Source of the DNA: Bacillus subtilis subsp. subtilis str. 168
Lineage (GTDB): Bacteria; Bacillota; Bacilli; Bacillales; Bacillaceae
Reading direction: 5' to 3'
Assembly (NCBI RefSeq): GCF_000009045.1
Contig: NC_000964.3
Coordinates: 1,323,732 to 1,363,731, forward strand
DNA: 40,000 nt
Below are positions 10,073 to 19,227 of this stretch, in pieces. How positions within the stretch are numbered: the stretch's first letter is position 1; every line of letters starts with the position of its first letter. The notes under the pieces were generated by a model. The model saw only the letters and a program-made list of their open reading frames with translations. It did not search any database and had not been told where the DNA came from. A program made the position numbers and the translations under genes.

Positions 10073-10516
10073 ATGGCATTAAAAGCACAAAACACAATCT
10101 CAGGAAAAGAAGGCCGTTTATTCCTCGATGGTGAGGAAATGGCACACATCAAAACTTTTGAAGCAAACGTCGAGAAAAACAAGTCTGAAGTCAACATTAT
10201 GGGCCGCCGCATGACAGGCCATAAAACAACAGGGGCAAATGGAACAGGGACCGCGACGTTCTACAAAGTCACATCAAAATTCGTGCTATTGATGATGGAC
10301 TATGTCAAAAAAGGCAGCGACCCTTATTTCACGCTCCAAGCTGTGCTGGATGATCAATCCTCCGGCCGGGGCACAGAGCGAGTCACGCTGTACGACGTCA
10401 ACTTTGACTCTGCCAAAATCGCAAGCCTTGATGTCGATTCAGAAGCGTTAGAGGAAGAAGTTCCATTTACATTCGAAGACTTCGACGTCCCTGAAAAGCT
10501 ATCTGACACGTTTTAA
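10073..10516 (+). CDS. xkdM: Tail tube protein
   Basis: 147 aa. Recognised as XkdM. Classical sheath-tube-chaperone-tape-measure order. Confidence 0.93.
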   Translation: MALKAQNTISGKEGRLFLDGEEMAHIKTFEANVEKNKSEVNIMGRRMTGHKTTGANGTGTATFYKVTSKFVLLMMDYVKKGSDPYFTLQAVLDDQSSGRGTERVTLYDVNFDSAKIASLDVDSEALEEEVPFTFEDFDVPEKLSDTF

Positions 10517-10539
10517 TCAAAGCTGAATCAGCCCATACG

Positions 10540-10568
10540 CAGACCTTTCTCAGAAAGGTCTGTTTTTT
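10540..10568 (+). terminator. Intrinsic terminator/attenuator inside the late operon, after the tube gene
   Basis: CAGACCTTT (10540-10548) pairs with AAAGGTCTG (10554-10562), loop CTCAG, followed by TTTTTT (10563-10568). Confidence 0.8.
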
Positions 10569-10607
10569 AAAGATGAAACCAAACAATAGACAAGGGAGTT
10601 TTTTTAC

Positions 10608-11054
10608 ATGAGCGAGAAGAACGAAAACGTATATGATCTTTCCTTTTTTATGCCGGGAAAAACAATTGAAGCTGAGGAAATCAAAGTGCCGATCTCAAAG
10701 CGTTTTGTTGATAAAAAAGGGAATGTCATTCCGTTTATTTTAAAACCAATTACTACTGAACGGATTGATGAATTAGAGAAAGAAAACACCACATTTAAAA
10801 ATGTGAAAGGCCGCGGCCGTGTCAAAGATTTAGACTCCCAGCGCTTTTATGCGAGAATTGCCATCGAATCTACTATTTATCCTGATTTTCGTTCAAAAGA
10901 TTTAAGGGAAGCATACAAAACTGCGGATCCGGTAGAAGTTGCCAAACGTGTATTATCTGTTGGGGGAGAGTATGCGAACTGGCTGAATAAAGCAATTGAA
11001 ATCAATGGTTTTGAAGATGATCTTGAAGATCTAGAAGAAGAAGCAAAAAACTAG
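10608..11054 (+). CDS. xkdN: Tail assembly chaperone (short, 0-frame product)
   Basis: 148 aa with an acidic C-terminus. Lies directly upstream of the tape-measure gene. Ends in the slippery A-AAA-AAC followed by TAG-TAA. Confidence 0.9.
   Translation: MSEKNENVYDLSFFMPGKTIEAEEIKVPISKRFVDKKGNVIPFILKPITTERIDELEKENTTFKNVKGRGRVKDLDSQRFYARIAIESTIYPDFRSKDLREAYKTADPVEVAKRVLSVGGEYANWLNKAIEINGFEDDLEDLEEEAKN
11045..11051 (+). promoter_or_regulatory. Candidate -1 programmed ribosomal frameshift heptamer A AAA AAC
   Basis: Canonical X XXY YYZ heptamer in the xkdN frame, one codon before its stop. The -1 frame stays open for 60 more codons. Confidence 0.7.
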
Positions 11055-11233
11055 TAAAGGATGGCGATAAGGAAGCTGTGTATTTGTACTATGCAATGCA
11101 TGAGCTTCATTACTCGCCATCCCAACTTCTTGAATTATATGAAGCACCAAAACATTTTAAAGCTCTTTTATTTGGGTTGATAGGTTATAAGCTAGATCTA
11201 TTAGAAAAAGAATCAAGGAGAGGAGGGAACTAA
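11045..11233 (+). CDS. xkzB: -1 frame extension of XkdN (long chaperone form, ~208 aa fusion). As far as I recall this region is listed as the separate small gene xkzB in strain 168.
   Basis: Open -1 frame from the slippery site to TAA 11231-11233 ([62 protein letters not shown]). It has no ATG/GTG/TTG with its own SD near its 5' end. The position is equivalent to the G/GT or E/E' chaperone pairs of other tailed phages. Confidence 0.65.
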   Translation, partial: KKLVKDGDKEAVYLYYAMHELHYSPSQLLELYEAPKHFKALLFGLIGYKLDLLEKESRRGGN

Positions 11234-11234
11234 T

Positions 11235-14200
11235 ATCGCAAAATTAACAGCCCGTTTTGATCTCGAAGACAAGGTATCTAAAAAACTAAAACGGATACAT
11301 AAAGGATTCCAAGAGGTCGAAAAAAAAGTCAAAACCATTAATCGGCAAATCAAAATCAGTATCAGAGCGGAAGATCAGGCATTTTACCGGCTGAGAAAAA
11401 TAAACGACTATATCATTTTGAAATTCGCGAAATCGCTTGAAATTAAAGTTGTACTTGATGACCAAGTCACTTCAAAGCTTGATGCAATTGAAAGAAAACT
11501 TAAACGGCTGCCGAAAGAAACGAAGCTGACTGTCTCTTTGGTAGATCGGACAGCAGCTGCGTATAAAAAAATAAAGAAGATGCTTTCTAATCAAAAGCTA
11601 TCATTCCTTTTGATTCCAGATGACAAGGTTACTTCTACAGTTAAAAGGATTATCGGTTATATTAAGAAAAATTTGAAAAACGGATACACAGTAAAACTAA
11701 AGGTCATCGATGAAATCACCAAAACAGTTAATCGATTAACAGCCCTTCTAAGGAAATTTGAAAAAACCTATTATGTAAAAGTGGTTGTTAAGACAAAAAT
11801 ATCAGACAAAATCAATAAAAAAGAAAGCCTGATTAACAAAGAAACTTCTAAGAAAGAATCAGACAAATCCTCAGATAAAGGCTCTGATAAAAACTCAGAT
11901 CAAAAACCTGGATGGGTCGGAAAAATAAAAGGCTGGCTGAAGGATTGGTGGACAAAATCAGCTTGGCCTTGGATCAAAGATACGCTCAATGAAATAGGCA
12001 AAGCTTTTTTGGATCGTTTCAAAGAGAGATTGATAGAAAAGCTGAAAAATGATGTGTTTGATAAGATCATTGATAAAATTCTAGGACCACAAAAAAAGGA
12101 CGATTCTGGTGAAAATTCTGACACAGATAAAAAAGTCCTTAACCGTAATACAGGAGGAAATTGTTGCTGTGACTGCTGTGAAGGCGGTATCAGCCCGGGC
12201 ACTAAAAATAAAAAAACCTATAGAAAAAAGAAAAGTCCCACAAAGGCTCCAAACAGAACACTCAAGGTTCCTGGAGAGGTGATAAGAAGACGCCAGAGCG
12301 GCACACCTGCTGAAAGTGCACCTAGGACCTCGGGTTCCAAGTTAAAGAACTGGCTTGGAGGCTTAAAATCGCTAGGGAAGGATTCATCTAAACTAGGTAA
12401 AGCGTTCAGAGGAATGGGAAAGGCTGTTCCATACGTAGGATCTGCTTTAGCAGTGTTTGATTTAGCTGGAATCAATAAAGATAATGCTGGCGAAAAGGTT
12501 GGTTCAATTGGAGGACGTATTGCCGGAGCGGAAGCTGGTGCAACAGCCGGAGCGGAAGCTGGTGCAACGATTGGATCTTTCGTTGGTCCGGAAGGTACAG
12601 CAATCGGCGGCGCAATCGGCGGAATTGGCGGCGGGTTAGTAGGCGGAATCGGCGGCGAAGAAGCAGGTAAGAACATTGGTAAGATGTTTGATACTTCTAA
12701 GTTAAAGGAGAGCATAAGCAATTCACTATTTAACAAAGAGTGGTGGAGTGGAAAATGGAACTCCATTTCTGATACTGCCAATGGGGCTATTACTTGGATT
12801 GAAGATACATGGAGTAAAGTTTCAACTTGGTTTGACCAGTATGTGTTTACACCTATATATAATGTTGCTGTACCTGTAATTAATTTTATAGTAGGATTGT
12901 TTGCCTATGCCTGGGATGGCATATTGGCAGTATGGAACATTGTCTACCCGTGGTTTAAGGATAACGTGTGGGATCCAATAAGCGGAGCAGTTACTAATGT
13001 TGCTACAACGATATGGACTGGATTGTGCAACGCCTGGACGGTTATTTCAGGCATATGGTCTACTGTTTCAACATGGTTTATGGACAATGTGTGGAATCCT
13101 GTAAGTGAAGCCGTAACCACTGCGGCAACATGGATTTGGAGTAAGATCAATGATGCATGGACAATAATTTCCAATATTTGGACAGGAGTATCGAATTGGT
13201 TTTATGATAATGTATGGAACCCGATCGTCAAAAAAGTAGAAGATATTAAAACTTCAATAAAAGAAAAATTCGATGATGCAAGGAAATTTTTTGAGGATGC
13301 ATGGGATGGAATTGAAACTTGGTTTAATGAACATGTGAAAGATCCATTGGTTAAAGTATCAGAGAAAATTGCTGAGAAATTTCAATGGCTATTCGATTTA
13401 AAAGATTCAGTTGGTGGTTTCGTTGCAAAAGTAATACACAGGGGGGAAGAAGTTACTCACCTCAAGAAAAAACCAATCAAAAAGGATTCGAAAGAGAAAA
13501 AAACTAGTTCCAAACCAACTACTAATAACATTTTTGCTCAATCTCCATCAAATAATAATATGACTGTTTTTCAACAAGCACTAGATCAGAACGCCACAGG
13601 CGGCTACATCACCAAACCAACCATCTCGTGGATCGGTGAAGCCGGCAAGGAATTCGTTATCCCGGTTGATAACAACCGAGGCCGGGGGAAGATGCTTCTT
13701 TCACAAGCGGCGTCTAAGCTGGGTATGCAAGTTGTAGACGACATGGGCGCAGCTTCGTCTTCTGGCGGAAGTCCAGCATCTGTTTCAGGAGGAGCAGCTG
13801 TCAGTCCTCTATCAGGCACAGCCTCCCCAGTAATGAACACTGCAAATCTTACAGGCCAAGCGTCCACACTCGGACAGCAATTTTCAGAAGGCTTTGGTAA
13901 AGGCATCAGCGATCAGCCGGTCAAAATGGAAGACTGGAAAAAGAAAAACATCAATACACCATTTACACAAATGATTTCTGCTTCACCAAATTACGGTAAA
14001 CAAATGGTAAGTGGGTATGCCAAGGGCCAAAGCGGCACTGCAACCGGAACAGACGGCTTTTTGCAATCAAAAGTTAAAACGCCGTTCCAAGCCACTGTGA
14101 GCAAATCGTCTTCATGGGGCACAGGAACGGTCAAAGGCTTTGCGCAAGGACAAAATTCAACCCAAACAGGGACTGCACAGTATGTGAGTACACATGTTGA

Positions 14201-15233
14201 CAAACCGTTCCTGCGTTCAAAAGACACATCGAACAGCTGGGGCTCCGGTTTGATTGGAAACTTTGTGACAGGCATGAATTCTAAATCCAGTGAAGTAAAA
14301 CAAGCAGCAAAGGATATGGCCAAGAGAGTGGAGCAGGCTTTCCGTGAAGAATTAGATATCCATTCACCTTCTCGAGTCATGATGAGCTTGGGGCGTTTTG
14401 CCTCTGTCGGTGTTGTAAAAGGACTGGATTCTGTCGATGTGAAAAAATACGCAGAAAAACAAGCCGGTTCATTGGCAGCTGCTTATTCCGGAATGGGTGC
14501 AGTAGGGGGAAATGTGAAACAGTGGCTTATGGCAGCAATAATGGCCACAAAGACACCATTGAGCTGGCTCTCGGGATTAATGACGATTGCACAGTATGAA
14601 TCAGGGGGCAACCCGAACTCTATTAACCTGTGGGATAGCAACGCGAAGGCGGGAAATCCATCACAAGGACTCATGCAGACAGTTCCAACCACATTTAATG
14701 CTCATAAAGCACCGGGCATGGGTAACATTAGAAATCCGATTCACAACGCTGCTGCCGCGATCGGCTATATCAAAAGCAGATACGGCTCAATTGATAATGT
14801 ACCTGGCATTAAAAGCCTGAAACGTGGCGGTCCTTATGTCGGTTATGCAAACGGCGGGCTGATCACGAAAGAACAAATTGCCCGTGTCGGTGAAGGAAAC
14901 AAGCGGGAATGGATCATCCCAGAGGAACGGGGCATCCGCGGTCGCTACCTTCTTCAGAGAGCGGCACAGGCTCTTGGTATGGAAGTGACAGATCCGTCTC
15001 AATCCCAGCAGTCTGAGCTTTCTTCAGGACAAGTTTCAGCTGTTACCTCGGCTAGCCGGCCGACTGCAGCGGTTTCTGGATCAAAAGAGATTTATATTCA
15101 ATTTAACGGTGACCAGCACTTCCATAATGGACAAGACGCCGAAAGCCTAGCGGCGAAGATCAAGCAGGCGCTTATAGATGAACTGCAAAAGGATATCAAT
15201 ATTGGAACGAAGGGAGTCGTTGCATTTGACTAA
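11235..15233 (+). CDS. xkdO: Tail tape-measure protein with C-terminal lytic transglycosylase (SLT-type) domain
   Basis: The ORF is certain from TTG 11418 (1271 aa). The frame is open from 11205, and a strong SD (GGAGAGGAGGG, 11217-11227) sits 7 nt before ATC 11235, which gives 1332 aa, the XkdO length I recall. Features include N-terminal Lys-rich repeats, a Gly/Ala block, Trp-rich repeats and an SLT motif (AQYESGGNP...GLMQ). Confidence 0.9.
12522..12569 (+). repeat. Near-perfect 24-nt tandem duplication inside xkdO (AGAEAGAT x2)
   Basis: GCCGGAGCGGAAGCTGGTGCAACA (12522-12545) is repeated at 12546-12569 with only the last base changed (A to G). Confidence 0.9.
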
Positions 15234-15885
15234 ATCCGTATATGAATTTTGGATTTCACAAGGGAAGGACAAGCTGCGGCTCCCCGTTCTTCCCGACCAG
15301 CTGAGTATTTCAAATACAGTTCAGAATGAGACGGTTAAAGTAGCCAAGTTCGGTGACCTTACATTTATTGACGAGCAGGGAGCGAAAGAAATTTCGTTCT
15401 CTTCTTTTTTTCCGAAGAAATACAGTCCGATAGCAGAATATCAAAACTTCCCGTCGCCGGAAAATGCGATAACAAAAATTGAAAAATGGATGAAGGCCAA
15501 AAAACCGGTTCAGTTTTTGATTACGGGAACTAAAGTGAATTTAACATGCAGTATTGAAGGTTTTTCCTATAGCGAAGGCCAGCAGGATATAGGTGATCGT
15601 TCCTTTGATATTCAATTAAAAGAATACAAAACCGCTTCCCCGCGGAAAATCAAGCAGAAGAAAAAAACAAAGGCAAAACGTCCGTCGAAGGCTGCGCCGA
15701 AGACGTACACAGTGAAAAAGGGAGACACGCTATGGGACATTGCAGGCAGATTTTACGGGAACAGCACCCAATGGCGCAAAATTTGGAATGCCAATAAAAC
15801 AGCAATGATCAAACGAAGCAAACGGAACATCAGGCAGCCGGGCCACTGGATTTTTCCCGGCCAAAAATTAAAGATACCGCAATGA
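15178..15885 (+). CDS. xkdP: LysM-domain tail/baseplate protein (P2 gpX-like position)
   Basis: 235 aa from ATG 15178, which has no SD and overlaps xkdO by 56 nt. Alternative start TTG 15226 has AAGGGAG (15210-15216) 9 nt upstream. C-terminal LysM ([31 protein letters not shown]...GQKLKIP). Confidence 0.88.
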
Positions 15886-15897
15886 AACAGGTGATGT

Positions 15898-16878
15898 ATG
15901 ATGATAGAACTGTTCGTCATTAAAGACACAGAGTGGCTTGAGCTGGTTGCAGAAAGCGTATCGCTTGAAGGCCATCGTTATCAGGCGCCGCGTTCCATTG
16001 AAGCAACCATCGTCACCAAGCAGGGCGACCAGACGTATTACAGTGTCTCAGAAGGAGATACGGTCTTGTTTAAATGGAAGGGAAAAGAGCTGTTTCGGGG
16101 CATTGTTTTTGCAAGAACCCCGGACGAGCATACGCTTGCCTTCAGCGCTTATGACATGCTGCAGTACCTGGTCAAAAACCAGGATATGTACGTGTTTTCC
16201 AATCAGCGGGCCGACCAGATCATCAGAAGGATTGCGAGTGACTTCCAGATACCGACAACCTCGATCGCAAACACAGGCCATACGATCAAAAGTCTTGTCA
16301 TTAAAAATGATACGACATTGTATGACATCATATTAAAAGCGCTGAAACAGACGAAAAGCCAGACAGGACGACATTACCAGCTGTATTCGGAAAAAGGAAA
16401 GCTCGGCCTGCGCGCTTGGCCAGATCCGTCAGAGGTATGGGTGCTTGAAACGGGCGTCAATATCACGGGCTACCAATACAGCACTTCTATAAACGACACT
16501 GCTACTCGGGTGGTGCTTCGCCGGCAGAAGGACAATAAGACATATAAAGCCTCTGCCAAGGACAGTTCAGGCTTAAATAAATACGGTGTGCTTCAATATA
16601 CGGAAACGGTCACAGATGACATCAACCAGGCACAGCTTCAGCAGCGGGCAGATGTACGCCTTGCTGAAAAAAAGGGCGTGAAAAAAGAACTGAAAAATAT
16701 TCAGGCAGTGGGCATCCCAGAAGTGCAGAGCGGCTTGCCTGTCTATATTTCGATTCCGGAGGCCGGCATCAAGAAAACCTATTGGGTAGATACGGACCGG
16801 CATGAATTTAAAGGAACGAAACATACGATGACGATCGATGTTGTCGAAAAGAATACGATGCCGGAAGGAGTTTCCTGA
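15898..16878 (+). CDS. xkdQ: Baseplate hub-type protein (position of P2 gpD / T4 gp27)
   Basis: 326 aa. Recognised as XkdQ. Function inferred from position in the baseplate module. Confidence 0.85.
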   Translation: MMIELFVIKDTEWLELVAESVSLEGHRYQAPRSIEATIVTKQGDQTYYSVSEGDTVLFKWKGKELFRGIVFARTPDEHTLAFSAYDMLQYLVKNQDMYVFSNQRADQIIRRIASDFQIPTTSIANTGHTIKSLVIKNDTTLYDIILKALKQTKSQTGRHYQLYSEKGKLGLRAWPDPSEVWVLETGVNITGYQYSTSINDTATRVVLRRQKDNKTYKASAKDSSGLNKYGVLQYTETVTDDINQAQLQQRADVRLAEKKGVKKELKNIQAVGIPEVQSGLPVYISIPEAGIKKTYWVDTDRHEFKGTKHTMTIDVVEKNTMPEGVS

Positions 16879-17144
16879 TGAGATTAAGTGAGGCTATAAA
16901 ACATTTGGCAGTCGGCGCAGTTGACGCTGAGTCTCCGGTAGAACTGCTCCCGGCTGAAGTCGTTTCGGTTTCTCCTGTGGAAATCAAATTAAAAGAAAAC
17001 AGCAAACTGATCATACCGGAAGACGCCATCATTATCCCAAAACGAATGCAGTCCGGAGGAGACGATGCACTCGAGCCGGGGGATCGCCTCATGACCGCGG
17101 CTCTGACTGGCGGGCAATCGTTTTTTATTTTAGATAAGGTATAG
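16878..17144 (+). CDS. xkdR: Small baseplate/spike-associated protein
   Basis: 88 aa. The ATG overlaps the xkdQ stop by 1 nt (TGATG). Recognised by position and length. Confidence 0.8.
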   Translation: MRLSEAIKHLAVGAVDAESPVELLPAEVVSVSPVEIKLKENSKLIIPEDAIIIPKRMQSGGDDALEPGDRLMTAALTGGQSFFILDKV

Positions 17145-17146
17145 AC

Positions 17147-17178
17147 AAACCGCTTCAGTACGAAGGGGTTTTTATTTA
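17147..17178 (+). terminator. Terminator-like hairpin after xkdR (internal attenuator candidate)
   Basis: AAACCGCTTC (17147-17156) pairs with GAAGGGGTTT (17162-17171), 10 bp with one G-G mismatch, loop AGTAC, followed by a T-rich run (TTATTT). Confidence 0.5.
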
Positions 17179-17200
17179 GCATGTAAAAGGAGTGGGCAAC

Positions 17201-17626
17201 ATGGCCCTGACACCAGAAGTGGAGTTTGAAGATATTGAAGTTGAGAGCGAAGTCATTGAAACCTCGCAAACGTACAAAATAGATTTTGAAAACGGAAGAA
17301 TTACGAATGAGCTGATTACCGGGCTTGAAGCGATCAGGCAGTTCGTGTATATCGCCTTACAGACAGAACGCTATGCATATTCCATATACAGCCATAATGT
17401 CGGAAACGAGCTTCAGGACGTGCTGACAGATCATGAGACGACTGATGCGTATAAAAAGATGGAGATTCCGAGACTGATAGAAGAGGCGCTGGTTTATGAT
17501 GACCGGATATCTGCTGTAACAGATTTTGAGATTGAAAAACAAGGCGACGCGTTTCATGTGTCCTTCGTGGTGGAGACGGATGAAGGAACGCTTGAGATTG
17601 AGGAGGTGATTGGCGAAGATGTTTGA
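17201..17626 (+). CDS. xkdS: gp25/GPW-like baseplate wedge protein
   Basis: ATG 17201 lies 8 nt after AAGGAG (17187-17192). The ORF-track GTG 17192 sits inside the SD. The segment [31 protein letters not shown] resembles the gp25/GPW signature. Confidence 0.85.
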   Translation: MALTPEVEFEDIEVESEVIETSQTYKIDFENGRITNELITGLEAIRQFVYIALQTERYAYSIYSHNVGNELQDVLTDHETTDAYKKMEIPRLIEEALVYDDRISAVTDFEIEKQGDAFHVSFVVETDEGTLEIEEVIGEDV

Positions 17627-18665
17627 AGATCAGACTTTTGAAGCGATTATGGAGCGTATGCTGAACAGCATTTCCGCAGATATTGACACAAGAGAAGGCA
17701 GCGTCATTTATAATGCGTTAGCCCCGGCGGCGGCCGAGCTTGCGAAGTCTTATATATGGCTGGATACTGTGCTTGAGCTAGTTTTTTCTGATACCGCACA
17801 AGGCGAATTTTTAGACAGGCGTGCAGCGGAAGCGGGAATTGAACGGACAGCCGCGACAAAGGCGGTCAGAGCGGGAGAGTTTACATCTGGAGTTACTATT
17901 CCTGTCGGCTCCCGCTTTTACGTGGATAATCTTTATTTTCAATATACGGCAGACGGGACGCTCATCTGTGAAACACCTGGTGAAGCGGGAAACGCCAATC
18001 TGACCGGACGCAATTTACTGTCATTGGATACCATTCCCGGTTTAGAAACGGCCATTGTCAAAGAAATCCTGATTCCGGGGCGCGAGGAAGAGGGAGATGA
18101 CAGCTTGCGAGAACGGTATTTTACAAGGGTTCGGCGTGAGGCCGTCAGTGCCAATAAAATGCATTATAAAGAGTGGGCTGAGGAAGTGGACGGTGTGGGA
18201 AAGGCAAAGATCTTCCCGCTTTGGAACGGTGAAGGCACGGTCAAAATTGTCGTCACCAATGCGAATCTTGAGCCCGCTTCTCCTATTTTAATTCAAAAAG
18301 TGAAAGATTATATCGACCCTGAACCAGGACAGGGAGAGGGACAGGCGCCAATCGGAGCCGTTGTCACGGTGGAAAGCGCGGTCTGGAAGGAAGTTGAGAT
18401 TTCTGCCGAAGTGCTGCCTGAGATCAATCACTCAATTGATGAAGTGAAGTCGGAAATTGAGGAAGGCGTTTTAAACTTCTTTAAAAAAATGGCGTTTGAA
18501 GACAACGTTATCCGCCTTTCTCAAATTAACAATATCGTCTATAATTCACCATCAGTCAGTGACTACTCCAATATTCAAATCAACGGCACGTCTGAAAATC
18601 TGGTGCTGAGCGACGTGGAAATTCCTAAGCTTGGGCAGGTGAAGATCATTGAGCAAACAAGATGA
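17619..18665 (+). CDS. xkdT: Baseplate J-like protein
   Basis: ATG 17619 (348 aa) follows GAGGAGGTGAT (17600-17610). The ORF-track TTG 17610 is too close to the SD. Overlaps the xkdS stop by 8 nt. Recognised as XkdT. Confidence 0.88.
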   Translation: MFEDQTFEAIMERMLNSISADIDTREGSVIYNALAPAAAELAKSYIWLDTVLELVFSDTAQGEFLDRRAAEAGIERTAATKAVRAGEFTSGVTIPVGSRFYVDNLYFQYTADGTLICETPGEAGNANLTGRNLLSLDTIPGLETAIVKEILIPGREEEGDDSLRERYFTRVRREAVSANKMHYKEWAEEVDGVGKAKIFPLWNGEGTVKIVVTNANLEPASPILIQKVKDYIDPEPGQGEGQAPIGAVVTVESAVWKEVEISAEVLPEINHSIDEVKSEIEEGVLNFFKKMAFEDNVIRLSQINNIVYNSPSVSDYSNIQINGTSENLVLSDVEIPKLGQVKIIEQTR

Positions 18666-19227
18666 CATGCGAGCTTATCTGCCGCCGTTTCTCACCAGCC
18701 TTAAAGAAATGGCCGAGCTGCTGAAAGCGGAAGCGCCTGAGTTTGATAAACAAAATGACAGCATATTTGATCTGACGGATCAGTTATTCGTACCGACGGC
18801 GACTTGGGGGCTCAGCCGCTGGGAAAAAATTTTAAACGTCCCGCGGGAATCAGGCGACACTGATGAGATCAGACGATTGCGGCTCATTTCCAAAATGTCG
18901 AACATCCCGCCAATCACATACAGGGCCATTGAGCAGGCGGTAAACCGTTTCTTGAAAAACCCGTCTGCACAGGTCCGCCTGCTTCCCGGCGAATACCGAT
19001 TTAACGTCGATATCAATGTTGATGACCTCCAGCACATGAATGAGCTGATCGAAGCGATAGAAAACATGAAACCCGCTCATTTGGCGTATACGCTCAGAGG
19101 CGGATTGAATGAGACGCTGCGAATCAAAGATACAGTCATCCTGAATCACCGCAGATACCGAACAGCCAGTGAGCTCAAGGTCGGTTATTCTGTCACTCTT
19201 AACAACAATGAGGTGGTTTTAACTTGA
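18649..19227 (+). CDS. xkdU: Baseplate/tail protein (P2 gpI-like position)
   Basis: TTG 18649 has AGGTGA 7 nt upstream. Alternative ATG 18667 has no nearby SD. Start uncertain. Recognised by position. Confidence 0.8.
   Translation: MSKQDDMRAYLPPFLTSLKEMAELLKAEAPEFDKQNDSIFDLTDQLFVPTATWGLSRWEKILNVPRESGDTDEIRRLRLISKMSNIPPITYRAIEQAVNRFLKNPSAQVRLLPGEYRFNVDINVDDLQHMNELIEAIENMKPAHLAYTLRGGLNETLRIKDTVILNHRRYRTASELKVGYSVTLNNNEVVLT

Noticed and set aside
11061-11180. 39-aa ORF ([16 protein letters not shown]...) in the xkdN frame after its stop
   Set aside because: It is separated from xkdN by tandem stops and its ATG abuts a weak AAGG. It has a Cys/Met-rich nonsense composition. The -1 frame over the same DNA gives a chaperone-like helical sequence and has a canonical slippery site.
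12218-12781. 187-aa Pro-rich ORF antisense to xkdO ([17 protein letters not shown]...)
   Set aside because: It is the mirror image of the GGN-rich glycine block of the tape measure. No SD, and it is an artefact of sequence composition.
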